Positions 54,794-64,000 of a stretch of DNA of 64,000 nt are shown here, piece by piece. A model generated the notes under the pieces. That model was not told the DNA's origin. It did not search any database and saw only the letters and a list, made by a program, of their open reading frames with translations. The stretch lies in NCBI GenBank assembly GCA_019234815.1, contig JAFALA010000082.1:25262-89261 (forward strand), in the 5' to 3' direction. The position numbers were made by a program, and so were the translations under genes. This DNA comes from Burkholderiaceae bacterium (GTDB lineage: Bacteria > Pseudomonadota > Gammaproteobacteria > Burkholderiales > Burkholderiaceae_C). The stretch's first letter is position 1, and the number at the start of each line of letters is the position of its first letter.

Positions 54794-54934
54794 TAGGCTA
54801 GCCAGTCCGCTTTGCAGCATTGCAGCCATGGGCTTGGCGTACATCGTTGCACGCTTTGCGTTGCATTGCGGTCATTCGGTTCACGGCGAACCAATTATTC
54901 AAACGGTGGGCTTCCATAGAATGATTTGTCAATG

Positions 54935-54959
54935 AAAAGTGGCGCCTTTCGGCGCCACT
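54935..54959 (-). terminator. Rho-independent terminator of the czcA-like gene
   Basis: AGTGGCGCC-TTTC-GGCGCCACT hairpin, followed on the minus strand by TTTT. Begins 24 nt after the stop at 54983. Confidence 0.7.
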
Positions 54960-54982
54960 ACAGGGTTGATCTCGGCAGACTT

Positions 54983-57900
54983 CTATTCCGTCAAACTTTG
55001 ATCTTTCACTGGATGATGTACCGCCGGTTTGGCATCATCCCGGCCCACAAAGAACATACGAAGTGCCGGCACGACAACAAGCAGCATCACCGGCCCGACC
55101 AACATGCCGCCGACCACAACGGTGGCCAACGGTCGCTGCACCTGGCTGCCGATGGCCACCGAGATGGCCGACGGGAACAGGCCGATACAGGCAGACAAGG
55201 CCGTCATCAGCATGGGTCGCATGCGCTTGGATGCTGCCTCATGCATCGATTCGTGCGCGCTCAGTCCTTCCTGACGCAACTGGTTGAAGTAGGTGATCAT
55301 CAAGATCCCGTCCATCACCGACACGCCGAACAGCGAGATGAAGCCGATGGCCGCGGAGATGCTGAACACCTGCCCGGTCAGCAGCAGCGCGAAGACGCCG
55401 CCGCCGATCGCGAACGGAATGCCGGCCAGGGCCATCATGCTGTCGCGCAGCGAGTTGAAGAGGCTGTACAGCAGCACGACGATCAGGGCCAGGCTCAGCG
55501 GCACGATGATGCTCAGGCGCTGCTTGGCCAGTTCGAGGTCTTCGAACTCGCCGGCCCACACCATGCGGTAGCCCACCGGCAGCTTCACGTTCTTGGCGAT
55601 GCGCTCCTGCGCTTCCGCCACCGTGCCGCCCAGGTCCCGACCACGCACGCTGAACTTGATCGGGATAAAGCGCTTGGTGCCCTCGTGGTAGATGTAGGAC
55701 GCACCAGTGTCCAGCGTGATGTCGGCCAGCTCGCTCAAGGGCACGTAGGCATTCCCGCCGCTGGGCGTGGCGTAGCCGACCCGCAGGTTCTTCACGTCGT
55801 CGATCGAGGTGCGGTACTTCTTGTCGAAGCGCACCGTCAGGTTGAACTGGCGGTCGCTTTCCAGCACCGTCGTGGCGACGTTGCCGGCCAGGGCCGCCTG
55901 GATGACGGTGTTGACGTCGCCCGTGTTCAGGCCATAGCGGGCCGCCTTGGCGCGATTGATCTGAATGTTCAGGTTGGGCTGGCCCAGCACGCGGAATACG
56001 CCCAGGTCGGCCACGCCCTTGACCTGCGCCATTTCGTTGTAGGTCTGGTCGGCGAGCTTTTCGAGCACTTCCAGGTTCGGTCCGATGATCTTGACCGAGT
56101 TCGCGCCCTTGACGCCCGAGATGGCCTCTTCGACGTTGTCCTGGATGTACTGCGAGAAGTTGAATTGCACACCCGGCAGGGCATCGTTGAATTCCTTCTG
56201 GATCTGTTCGGTCAGCTTCTCCTTGGTGAGCCCGGCGGGCCATTCGTCGTAAGGCTTGAGCGGCACAAAGAGCTCGACATTCGAGAACGGCGAGGCATCG
56301 CTGCCGTTGTCGGGCCGGCCATGCTGCGACACCACGGTGATGACTTCAGGATGCTTGAGCAGGATCTCGCGCATCTTGCGCGTGCCTTCGGTGCCGGCGA
56401 CCAGGCCCATGGTGGGCGGCATGGACGCGCGAATCCAGAAGTTGCCTTCTTCCAGCGCGGGCAGGAACTCCGAACCCAGGCGCGGGATCAGGGCACCGGC
56501 AACCGCCAGGAACACCAGCGCCACGACCATCATGATCTTGCGGTTGGCCAGCGAGAAACGCAGCGCCGGCTCGTAGACCTTGTGCAGGGCGCGAACGATG
56601 ATGGTCTCGGTCTCCTCGACCTTCTTGGGCAGCAGGAACGAAGTCAGCACCGGGGTGATGGTGAAGGTCGCGATCAAGGCACCGGCCAGGGCATAGGCGT
56701 AGGTGCGGGCCATCGGTCCGAAGATCTGGCCTTCGACACCCTGCATGGTGAACAGGGGAACGAACGCCGCCACGGTGATCGCGGTGGAGAACAGGATGGC
56801 CTTGTCCACCTGGATGACGCTGATCAGGAGCAGGCGCAAACGGTTCGTCCAGGTGTTGCGGATGTCGAGCTGCTGGTTTGTCGTCGGGTTCGATCCGAAC
56901 TGGCCTTCAGCAAGATCCTGCAGCAGCAGGTCGCGCTGCTCTTTCTTGGCCTGGAAGTTCCGGAACACGTTCTCGACCAGGATCACCGCCGAGTCGACGA
57001 TGATGCCGAAGTCGACCGCGCCCAGCGACAGCAGGTTCGCGTCCTCGTTCTGCAGCACCAGCATGATGATGGCGAAGAACAGCGCGAACGGGATGTTGAC
57101 GCCCACGATGATGGCGCTGCGCAAGTCACCCAGGAAGATCCACTGGATGAAGAACACCAGCAGGCAGCCGAACACCAGGTTGTGCAGCACGGTGTGCGTG
57201 GTCACCTGCACCAGCGAACCACGGTCGTAGTAAGGCACCACCTTGACGCCGGCCGGCAGCGTACCGTCGTTGTTCATTTTCTCGACTTCGGCCTTGATCA
57301 GCGGCAGCACGTCGTTGGTGTGCTTGTAGCGCGCCATCACGACGATGGAAGCGGCCACGTCGTCATCGTGGTCCTTGCCCGCGATGCCCAGGCGGGGCAC
57401 GTTGCCGATATAGACCTTGGCGACGTCCTTGACCTGCACGGGCACGCCGTTGGTCTGGGTCAGCACGATCTCCTTGATGTCCTCCACATGGTGGCCTTGC
57501 AGCAGGTCGTCGTTGCCGCCGCTGTTGACCAGGCCGATGCCGCGGATGTTGATGGACTGCTCGCCGATGTCGATTTCACGCCCGCCGACGTTGACGTTGG
57601 AATTGGCCAGCGTCTGCATCATCTGCGGCAGCGTGATGCCGTAGCCCTCCAGCTTGCGCGGGTCGACCTCGACCTCGAACTCCTTGGTCGTGCCGCCCCA
57701 GCTGTTGACCTGGATCACGCCGGGAACGGTGGACAGGCGGCGCAGCACCACCCAGTCCTGCACCGTGCGCAGGTTGGTCAGGCCGAAGTTCTTGGGGCCG
57801 ACGACCTGGTAGCGAAAGATTTCGCCGACCAGGCTGGAACCCTGGATCTGCGGGATCTGGTTCTGCGGCAATTGCACGTTCTGCTGCAGGGCCAGGGCCG

Positions 57901-58228
57901 CCTGCGTGTAGGCGAAGTGGTAGTCGACGCCGTACTTGAACGTGACGCGAACGAACGACAGGCCGTAGAACGAGGTCGAGCGGATGTTGGCGATTTCCGG
58001 CGTGGCGTACAGGCCGATTTCCATCGGCGTCGTGTAGTACTTCTCCATCTCCTCGGCCGACAGGCCGGCGGCCTGGGCCGTGATTTCGAGAATCACCGGA
58101 GCCGGGTTGGGATAGGCCTCCACATTGAGCTTCTTGAATGCAAAGAAGCCGGCAACGCAAAAGACCAGCAGTGCCATGAGCACGATGGTTCGTCGCGTCA
58201 GGCTGAAAGCAAGAATTGATTTGAGCAC
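54983..58228 (-). CDS. czcA: CusA/CzcA-family heavy-metal efflux RND permease
   Basis: GTG 58228 (AAGGA RBS). 1081 aa. LGAVDFGIIVDSAVILVENVFRN and the overall collinearity are typical of HME-RND pumps. Confidence 0.9.
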   Translation of the reverse strand: MLKSILAFSLTRRTIVLMALLVFCVAGFFAFKKLNVEAYPNPAPVILEITAQAAGLSAEEMEKYYTTPMEIGLYATPEIANIRSTSFYGLSFVRVTFKYGVDYHFAYTQAALALQQNVQLPQNQIPQIQGSSLVGEIFRYQVVGPKNFGLTNLRTVQDWVVLRRLSTVPGVIQVNSWGGTTKEFEVEVDPRKLEGYGITLPQMMQTLANSNVNVGGREIDIGEQSINIRGIGLVNSGGNDDLLQGHHVEDIKEIVLTQTNGVPVQVKDVAKVYIGNVPRLGIAGKDHDDDVAASIVVMARYKHTNDVLPLIKAEVEKMNNDGTLPAGVKVVPYYDRGSLVQVTTHTVLHNLVFGCLLVFFIQWIFLGDLRSAIIVGVNIPFALFFAIIMLVLQNEDANLLSLGAVDFGIIVDSAVILVENVFRNFQAKKEQRDLLLQDLAEGQFGSNPTTNQQLDIRNTWTNRLRLLLISVIQVDKAILFSTAITVAAFVPLFTMQGVEGQIFGPMARTYAYALAGALIATFTITPVLTSFLLPKKVEETETIIVRALHKVYEPALRFSLANRKIMMVVALVFLAVAGALIPRLGSEFLPALEEGNFWIRASMPPTMGLVAGTEGTRKMREILLKHPEVITVVSQHGRPDNGSDASPFSNVELFVPLKPYDEWPAGLTKEKLTEQIQKEFNDALPGVQFNFSQYIQDNVEEAISGVKGANSVKIIGPNLEVLEKLADQTYNEMAQVKGVADLGVFRVLGQPNLNIQINRAKAARYGLNTGDVNTVIQAALAGNVATTVLESDRQFNLTVRFDKKYRTSIDDVKNLRVGYATPSGGNAYVPLSELADITLDTGASYIYHEGTKRFIPIKFSVRGRDLGGTVAEAQERIAKNVKLPVGYRMVWAGEFEDLELAKQRLSIIVPLSLALIVVLLYSLFNSLRDSMMALAGIPFAIGGGVFALLLTGQVFSISAAIGFISLFGVSVMDGILMITYFNQLRQEGLSAHESMHEAASKRMRPMLMTALSACIGLFPSAISVAIGSQVQRPLATVVVGGMLVGPVMLLVVVPALRMFFVGRDDAKPAVHHPVKDQSLTE

Positions 58229-58286
58229 GGTTGTTCCTTCTGTCCGGGCAGAATTTGAGGGTTCGTCTTGATGCACTCTCATCGCA

Positions 58287-59504
58287 TCAGGTCGAATTGC
58301 CCGCCTTGAACATATTGCTCAGCAGGACAGCGCCATCCACCGCGATCAATTCGCCGGGCTTCAAGCCGTTCAGGACCTGGTGATAACCGTTCTGGTCCTT
58401 GCCCAGCGTGATCTGCCTTTGCACAAAATGATGCTTGTCGGTGGTGACCCAGGCATTCATGGTGCCGTCGCCTTCGCGGACCGCGCCATTCATCGGAACC
58501 GCGACCGAATGCATCGACGCACCGACGCGCGCCTCGAAGGTGGTGAGCATGCCGGGCAGCAGGTCGTCGTGCGGATCCTTGATCTCGGCGCGCACCATGC
58601 GGCGATGCGTGTTGGGGTCGACGTTCTCGCCCGACACGACGATCTGGCCTACGAAGGTCTTGCCGGGATAGGCATCCACGGCCACCTTGACCGGCAGCCC
58701 GGTCTTGAACGCCGGCGCGTCGTTTTCCGGCACATAGGCCATCATCCACTTGCTCGTGACCTGAGCCACGCTGACCGGCGCCGGCGCATTGCCCGGCTGC
58801 ACCAACAGGCCCGGCTGCGCGGTGCGCGCGGTAACCGTGCCCGCGACCGGGCTGAGCACGACCAGATCCGAGTCGACCTTGTGCGAACGGATCATCGCGT
58901 CGATGTCCTTGTCCGACTTGCCGAAGACGCGCACGGCCTTGCGCGCGGCGCTGTAGGCCGCCTCGGCCGTCTTCTGGTCGGAGATGGCCTGCTCATAGTC
59001 CTTCTGCGCCATGCCTTGCGCCGCGTACAGCACCTTGGCACGCTCCAGCGCCGCGTTGGTCACGTCGAACGTCGCGGAGGTGCCGATCAGGTTCTGCGCT
59101 GCCGTCATCAGGTCGGGGCTTTCGATCTCGTAGAGCGGCTTGCCGGCGGCAACTTTGTCGCCCACGTCGACGAAGATGCGCGTGATCTTGCCCTGATAGT
59201 TGCTGAAGACCTGGACGTTGAGGTTCTGGTTGAAATCGATGTTGCCGACCGTGGACTTGACGTCGTCGAACTCCATCTCGCCGACCGCGCCCACCTTGAT
59301 GCCCTGGAGCTGACCGTCGGTCAGGTCCAGGGCAGGCGTCGCGGCACCGGCGCTCACGGCGCCTTGCTGGGCAGCCGGCTGGGCGGCGGCCTTTTCTGCA
59401 CCCTGGTCGCCACAGGCGGCCAGCGTGGCGCACAGGGCCACCGCGGCCCAAGCGCAGGACGTGCGCACGAAGACGCCACTCAATGCAGTCTGGAAAGTTG
59501 TCAT
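58287..59504 (-). CDS. czcB: RND periplasmic adaptor subunit (CzcB-like)
   Basis: ATG 59504 preferred over the TTG at 59528. Signal/lipobox-like ...LCATLAACG. Lipoyl-like, hairpin and beta-barrel MFP regions. Confidence 0.85.
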   Translation of the reverse strand: MTTFQTALSGVFVRTSCAWAAVALCATLAACGDQGAEKAAAQPAAQQGAVSAGAATPALDLTDGQLQGIKVGAVGEMEFDDVKSTVGNIDFNQNLNVQVFSNYQGKITRIFVDVGDKVAAGKPLYEIESPDLMTAAQNLIGTSATFDVTNAALERAKVLYAAQGMAQKDYEQAISDQKTAEAAYSAARKAVRVFGKSDKDIDAMIRSHKVDSDLVVLSPVAGTVTARTAQPGLLVQPGNAPAPVSVAQVTSKWMMAYVPENDAPAFKTGLPVKVAVDAYPGKTFVGQIVVSGENVDPNTHRRMVRAEIKDPHDDLLPGMLTTFEARVGASMHSVAVPMNGAVREGDGTMNAWVTTDKHHFVQRQITLGKDQNGYHQVLNGLKPGELIAVDGAVLLSNMFKAGNST

Positions 59505-59554
59505 TTGCTTCACCTTGGAAAATTTCAATGGCTTGATTCAGGCTCGATCCGGAT

Positions 59555-61135
59555 TCATTGAGCGGACGCACTGGTCGCCGTGCCCGCGACCTTGTCGCGA
59601 TTCCACCAACCACCACCCAGCGCCTGGTAGAGCGCGGCGGTATCGCCGAATCGCGAGGCCTGGGCCTGGATCAGGGCCAACCTGGACTGCTGGTAGGCCA
59701 TCTCGGCGGCCAGGTAGGTCTGGTAGTTGACGAAGCCGATCGTCTCCTGCTGGCGGGTCAGATCGAGCGTGATCTTTGCCGCAGCCTCGGCATCGGACGC
59801 TGCCTTCAGGGCATCAGCATCGGATTCGATGGCATGCAAGGTGTCGGCGACGTTCTGGTAGGCCGTCAAGACGGTGCTGCGGTACTGCTCCGCCGCCTGG
59901 ATCAGCCCCTGCTCGGCCGACAGCTGCCTATGCTTCAGGGTGTTGCCGTCGAATACCGTCTGCGTGAACCCGGTGATCAGGCTCCAGAATGGTCCGCCAG
60001 TGGCAAACATCTGGTTGAATTCGGTGGCCGTGCCGCCCCAGGCACCTGTGATCGAGAACTGCGGCAGGCGCGCAGCCACGGCAGACCCGACCTGCGCATT
60101 CGCACTGCGCATCTGCTCCTCCGCCGCCCTGACGTCGGGCCGCTGTTCGATCAGCTTGGACGGCAGGCTGGCCGGCAGGTCTTCGGGCAGGTGCAGGTCC
60201 TTGAATTCGAAGACCTCGCTCACGTCGGTTCCCGGCATGTTGCCTGCGAGCATGCGGATCAGGTCGCGCGTCTGCTCGAACTGCTTTTCAAGCGGCGGCA
60301 GCGCTTGCCTGGCCTGCGCCAGAGCCGATTCCTGCGCGGCCACGTCCATGCGCATCACGAAGCCGCTCTTGAACTGCGTCTGCAGGATCTCCAGCGCCTT
60401 CTCGTTGTCCTTGATCAACTGCCGCGTGGCGGCGAGCTGGGCACGGACCGAAGCCTCCTGGATCGCTGCCGCCACGACGTTGGAGGCCAGCGTGATGTAG
60501 GTCGCCTCCATCTGGAATTGCGCCACCCTGGCCTGGGCATCGAGCGACTCGACCGCACGCCGGTTGGCGCCGAAAACGTCCGGCGTGTAGCCCACCGTCA
60601 CCTGCGCCGTGTGCATGTTGTAGATGACGCCGCCGTTATAGGGCGCCGGACCCGAAGGATTCTGATAGGTCGAGATCACCGAGCCGTTGCCCTGGATGCC
60701 AGGGGAATTGCCGCCCATATTGCCGGCCAGCAGCTGGCGTTGGACGTTGTAGCCAGCGCCAACGGTCGGGAAGAAATACCCCTGCTGCGCGTAGACCAGT
60801 TCCATGGCCTGCTTCAGGTTGGCTTGCGCCGCCGTGACCGTCGGGTTGGCCTTGAAGGCGCGCTGGACGAGACTATTGAGTTGCGGGCACTCGAACTGGC
60901 GCCACCATTCAAACTCAATATCCTTGCCCTCGATGAATCGCTGAGCCGCACCCGAATCAATATCTGAAATTTTCTTGATATCAGAAATCGGCGCCACCGT
61001 ATAACTTGCGGAAATGGGTGCAACGGGCTTCTTGAAATCAGGCCCCACGGCACAAGCCGACAAGGCATATATCACACCCAATGAAACAACAGTCCTTCTG
61101 TATTTCTTCCCTCTGTATTCGGAAGCTGCACGCAT
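59555..61135 (-). CDS. Efflux outer-membrane factor lipoprotein, NodT/OprM family (CzcC position)
   Basis: VSLGVIYALSACAVGPDFKKP is the canonical NodT lipobox plus GPD(Y/F)xxP start. Confidence 0.9.
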   Translation of the reverse strand: MRAASEYRGKKYRRTVVSLGVIYALSACAVGPDFKKPVAPISASYTVAPISDIKKISDIDSGAAQRFIEGKDIEFEWWRQFECPQLNSLVQRAFKANPTVTAAQANLKQAMELVYAQQGYFFPTVGAGYNVQRQLLAGNMGGNSPGIQGNGSVISTYQNPSGPAPYNGGVIYNMHTAQVTVGYTPDVFGANRRAVESLDAQARVAQFQMEATYITLASNVVAAAIQEASVRAQLAATRQLIKDNEKALEILQTQFKSGFVMRMDVAAQESALAQARQALPPLEKQFEQTRDLIRMLAGNMPGTDVSEVFEFKDLHLPEDLPASLPSKLIEQRPDVRAAEEQMRSANAQVGSAVAARLPQFSITGAWGGTATEFNQMFATGGPFWSLITGFTQTVFDGNTLKHRQLSAEQGLIQAAEQYRSTVLTAYQNVADTLHAIESDADALKAASDAEAAAKITLDLTRQQETIGFVNYQTYLAAEMAYQQSRLALIQAQASRFGDTAALYQALGGGWWNRDKVAGTATSASAQ

Positions 61136-61310
61136 ATGACACTTTCAATGAGAATTCACCTCTTACAAGACTACCTTGCCGCCACTGCGAAGTCATTGCC
61201 ACAAGTACGGGCGCGGACACTGTCATTTATCACATTGAAAGTCTTTTTTACATCGCTATTATATAGCTCATGAAAACTGCGGACCGGGCACCAGAGAGAG
61301 TGAGTGATAA

Positions 61311-61601
61311 ATGATGAAACCAAGAAAATCGAGGGGATTTGTATTAATCACAGGTATTGGCCTGACATTAATCACAATGAGCACCATTGCGTCTGCGGGA
61401 CTGCCTGTTGCGCCCAGGAGCAACGCAAAGCCCGCCAGCATCAGCGGCTCGAACGTCAACGCTAGCCCGAGTACCCGGCAGGCAGGAAGCCGTGCCCTTG
61501 GGGGGGTTGCATTACAAAAATCAGGCGCCACGCCAGGCGCGACTACCGGGGCTTCGCCGGCTAAAGGGGCCAACGCCAAAGGTGCTGCATCACACAACTG
61601 A
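61311..61601 (+). CDS. Possible small secreted/membrane-anchored low-complexity protein
   Basis: MMKPRKSRGFVLITGIGLTLITMSTIASA is signal-like, followed by an Ala/Gly/Ser/Pro-rich tail. Ends 22 nt before the response regulator gene. Weak call; an antisense ORF exists. Confidence 0.3.
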   Translation: MMKPRKSRGFVLITGIGLTLITMSTIASAGLPVAPRSNAKPASISGSNVNASPSTRQAGSRALGGVALQKSGATPGATTGASPAKGANAKGAASHN

Positions 61602-61623
61602 TATTTGATGCTGGCGATAGAAA

Positions 61624-62229
61624 ATGAGCACGAGAAAGACAAGAATACTTTGCATCGACGACGAGGCTCCCCTGACCGCGTTGATCGAGGAGGAATTGAT
61701 CGAAAAGGGTTACGAAATTGAAATAGCCGCGAACGGGCAACAGGGCTTGATGTCCATTCTTCAATCCCCGCCGGACCTGGTGTTGTGCGACATCAATATG
61801 CCCATCATGAGTGGGTTCGAATTGATGACATGCCTTGCAAATATGTCGGAGAAATTTGCGCAGATTCCATTTATATTTCTGACGGCGCAAAATGATAGAG
61901 ATACTGAACTGCGCGGCAGAAAACTGGGCGCGGCGGATTTCGTAAAAAAACCGATAGATTTTGAGATACTGCACACCATCATCGAGGCCCGCCTTTGCGG
62001 TGTGGCACGGCTCAACGTCTGGGCAAAGTCAATATTGCTATCCGAAAGAGAAATTGAGGCGCTAACTTGGTCGGCGCGCGGCAAGACCTCCGCAGAGATT
62101 GCCGATCTGACCGGCATGGCCAAGCGAACCGTTGATCATCACCTCGACAGTGCACGAGCCAAGCTTGGCGTTGCGACCCGGGTGGAGGCTGTGATGAAGG
62201 CCATCTTGGGCAAGCTGATAGATCCGTAA
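61624..62229 (+). CDS. Response regulator, NarL/FixJ (LuxR-type HTH) family
   Basis: Receiver domain: ILCIDDE, phospho-acceptor DLVLCDINMP, FLTA, K in DFVKKP. LuxR HTH: LSEREIEALTWSARGKTSAEIADLTGMAKRTVDHHLDSARAKLG. Confidence 0.9.
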   Translation: MSTRKTRILCIDDEAPLTALIEEELIEKGYEIEIAANGQQGLMSILQSPPDLVLCDINMPIMSGFELMTCLANMSEKFAQIPFIFLTAQNDRDTELRGRKLGAADFVKKPIDFEILHTIIEARLCGVARLNVWAKSILLSEREIEALTWSARGKTSAEIADLTGMAKRTVDHHLDSARAKLGVATRVEAVMKAILGKLIDP

Positions 62230-62784
62230 TGAAAAGAGGATGCTGGCGGCCGTTCACGATGGCTCAGCTCGATTCGCGCTCACCCAGGGCGAATGAAGGT
62301 CTTCTATCCGACAGGACTTCAGTGTGCTGAATACGTCTCATTGATGCCAAGGATGCGAATTCCTGCATTGTTTTACCTCTCCGCTTCATCGCATTGACAC
62401 ATGGGCCTTTGCGGCCCAGCTCTGTCAGTACATGATGCGCGGAAGGACTCAGAACTTCCACGCAGCCGCTGACCCGCCGGCCATCCACCAGAAGGGATCG
62501 GCAGGATGCCCAGCATTGGCAACATCTCTTGACAATTTGTAAAAGCGATAAGAAAGCCGTAGCCCCCCATCGAGGCAATCACAAATCAAGGAAGAAATTT
62601 GTGAGAATGCCAAGTGCAGCCGGCAAGCTTTGCTGGATGGGCCGCGGCCCGGTATGGCTCGCGCCGTCATGGTGGACCAAATGGGGGACCGAGCCTCGAT
62701 GCGCGCCAAAGCCTTGTTTCATGCGGGTCTTGACAGACACCGCCTTCCGCCAATTACGGGCATTTCGCATTGGTGATCCTGTCC

Positions 62785-64000
62785 ATGGTTGAAACGGCCT
62801 CCGCACCCGCAAAATTGCCGCGAACCAAGGGCGGCATCAAAATGCAATGGCTTTTGCTGCTGGCGATCATTCCCACGATCCTGGCCTTGATTGTCGCTGC
62901 CGCAGTCCTGTACCAGCGTGAGCGCGAAGCCGTCGACGCCCAGCTTGAACTGGGCGCGCAATCGGCCACCAAGGCCTTCGACAAGAGCATTCTGGGCACT
63001 CGCCAGGTCTTGGAAACCTTTGCCGTCAGCATCGCATCCCGCGACCGTTTCGAATTGCGGGAAATTGAGCTCGAAGCGCAAAAGATTCAAAAGGAGACGG
63101 GCCAGGCAGACGCCATCTCCATGTTCGACAGCGACGGCCGAATTCTGTTCAACACCTACCAGCAGATACCGCCGGGCATCACCAGGACGCACAATTGGGA
63201 CAGCGTCAAACAGGTCCTCGAATCCCGCCACGCCGAGGTGTCGAATCTGTACACGGGGACGGTGACGCAGAGGCGGCAGATCAGCGTCAATGTGCCGGTA
63301 TTCAAGAACGGTGAAATTGTCTATGTCCTGTCTGGCGCCATCTTCCTGGAACATCTCAACGCCATGCTGGAGGCGCAGAATTTCCCGCCCGAATGGGGTG
63401 CTGCGATTGCCGATTCGCAAAACACGCTGATTGCGCGGCGGAGAAACGCGGAAAAATACATCGGCCTCAAGGCGGCCAACCCCCTGCAGGATATCGCAAG
63501 CGATACGCGCGGCATCAAGGAGATGACGACGATAGAGGGCGTGCAGGCGATGGTGGTCGTCAAGCGGTCCGAGCTTGCCCCCTTCACCGTGGCCGTCACG
63601 ATTCCGGTCAGCAGCTTTCATGCATCGCTGAACAGGCAATTCGAGGTGATCGCGCTGATGATGGTGTTCGTCATCGGCGGCAGCCTGTTGTTCATGGCCT
63701 TGATCCTGAGGAATTTCAAGGCCTCGCTGAAGCAGTTGTCCAATGCGGCCCTGGCCTTGTCACACAAGGATTTCGAAGTCGTGTTGCCCAGCTTCGGCGC
63801 CAAGGAAATTCAAAAGCTGTCGACGCAGTTCGAGCTGATGCGCGAGGCCGTGCATGCGTCCGAATCCAACATCCTGAAGGAGCAGCAGCGGCTGACCGAG
63901 ATCCTGGAGAACCTGCCGGCCTCGGTGGCCTTGCTCAACGCCGATCACACGATTGCCTTTGCCAACAAGCAATATCGCGATCGATTCGGCGATGCCAGGG
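62785..64000 (+). CDS. Membrane sensor protein (Cache-like periplasmic domain, HAMP, start of PAS); probably a histidine kinase. Partial; runs off the right edge.
   Basis: Not in the ORF track because there is no stop in the window. My translation from ATG 62785 (or 62842): ...MQWLLLLAIIPTILALIVAAAVLY, a periplasmic ~270 aa, a second TM FEVIALMMVFVIGGSLLFMAL, a HAMP-like segment, then LTEILENLPASVALLNADHTIAFANKQY (PAS). Confidence 0.7.
   Translation, partial: MVETASAPAKLPRTKGGIKMQWLLLLAIIPTILALIVAAAVLYQREREAVDAQLELGAQSATKAFDKSILGTRQVLETFAVSIASRDRFELREIELEAQKIQKETGQADAISMFDSDGRILFNTYQQIPPGITRTHNWDSVKQVLESRHAEVSNLYTGTVTQRRQISVNVPVFKNGEIVYVLSGAIFLEHLNAMLEAQNFPPEWGAAIADSQNTLIARRRNAEKYIGLKAANPLQDIASDTRGIKEMTTIEGVQAMVVVKRSELAPFTVAVTIPVSSFHASLNRQFEVIALMMVFVIGGSLLFMALILRNFKASLKQLSNAALALSHKDFEVVLPSFGAKEIQKLSTQFELMREAVHASESNILKEQQRLTEILENLPASVALLNADHTIAFANKQYRDRFGDAR

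Noticed and set aside
61268-61642. 124-aa minus-strand ORF antisense to the small secreted-protein candidate.
   Set aside because: Shadow-like sequence. It would overlap the response regulator start, and the plus-strand ORF at least has a signal-peptide-like N-terminus.
1-64000. Scan for CRISPR arrays, rRNA, IS/transposase genes, toxin-antitoxin pairs and named anti-phage systems.
   Set aside because: Reading by eye found no regularly spaced direct-repeat arrays, no transposase-like ORFs, and no hallmark defence domains (Cas, RT, TIR, Sir2, CBASS cyclase, restriction/methylase). A computational scan (CRISPRCasFinder, ISEScan, DefenseFinder/PADLOC) would be needed to exclude them.

Overview
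High-GC proteobacterial chromosome segment. The protein content looks Burkholderiales/Comamonadaceae-like, but that is an impression, not a search result. The window is a mosaic.

(1) 1-11 kb, core genes: the nadE start, soluble pyrophosphatase ppa lying divergent from membrane H+-pyrophosphatase hppA, a J-domain protein, a lipoprotein, and an IclR regulator. Next comes a minus-strand run of CNNM/CorC transporter, SapC, a PcaB-like lyase with degenerate catalytic motifs, and a FeeM-like N-acyltransferase. apaH closes the block.

(2) 11.0-20.2 kb, an integrative island of about 9.1 kb in tRNA-Ser(UGA).
- It is bounded by a 14-bp direct repeat of the tRNA 3' end.
- It carries a P4-type integrase, AlpA, and a replication module (Rep-like protein, DnaB-like ATPase, resolvase-like nuclease).
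- Its cargo is a Zn-ribbon/superinfection-immunity-like membrane protein, a small beta-barrel outer membrane protein (OMP), and a cspA / 71-aa ORF / extended IF-1 paralogue set.
- No virion genes are present.
- There are signs of decay: a G8 frameshift and a P-loop Gly-to-Arg substitution.

(3) 20.3-29.1 kb: a TetR-controlled phenolic/aromatic catabolic cluster (FadL-like OMP, VOC dioxygenase-like protein, FAH, MhpA-like monooxygenase, MDR reductase, acyl-CoA synthetase).

(4) 29.2-34.8 kb: an MFP-RND-TolC efflux operon.

(5) 35-54.9 kb: a visibly lower-GC block.
- A wHTH-AAA-TPR regulator.
- Three c-di-GMP/chemotaxis genes, including an Aer-like MCP translationally coupled to a PAS-GGDEF-EAL protein.
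- lpxL-lpxO.
- A pqi operon with a split and permuted pqiA.
- An AI-2E transporter carrying an extra C-terminal domain.
- mgtC.

(6) 55-61.1 kb: a czcCBA-like heavy-metal RND operon.

(7) 61.3-64 kb: a LuxR-type response regulator and a partial Cache/HAMP/PAS sensor.

No CRISPR array, rRNA, transposase or recognisable classical defence system was seen. The best candidates for something new are the island cargo (cspA / small ORF / infA2 plus the Imm-like/OMP pair), the FeeM-like / degenerate-PcaB pair, and the permuted pqi operon. All functional calls rest on my own reading of the translated ORFs and recalled family motifs. No database search was run.
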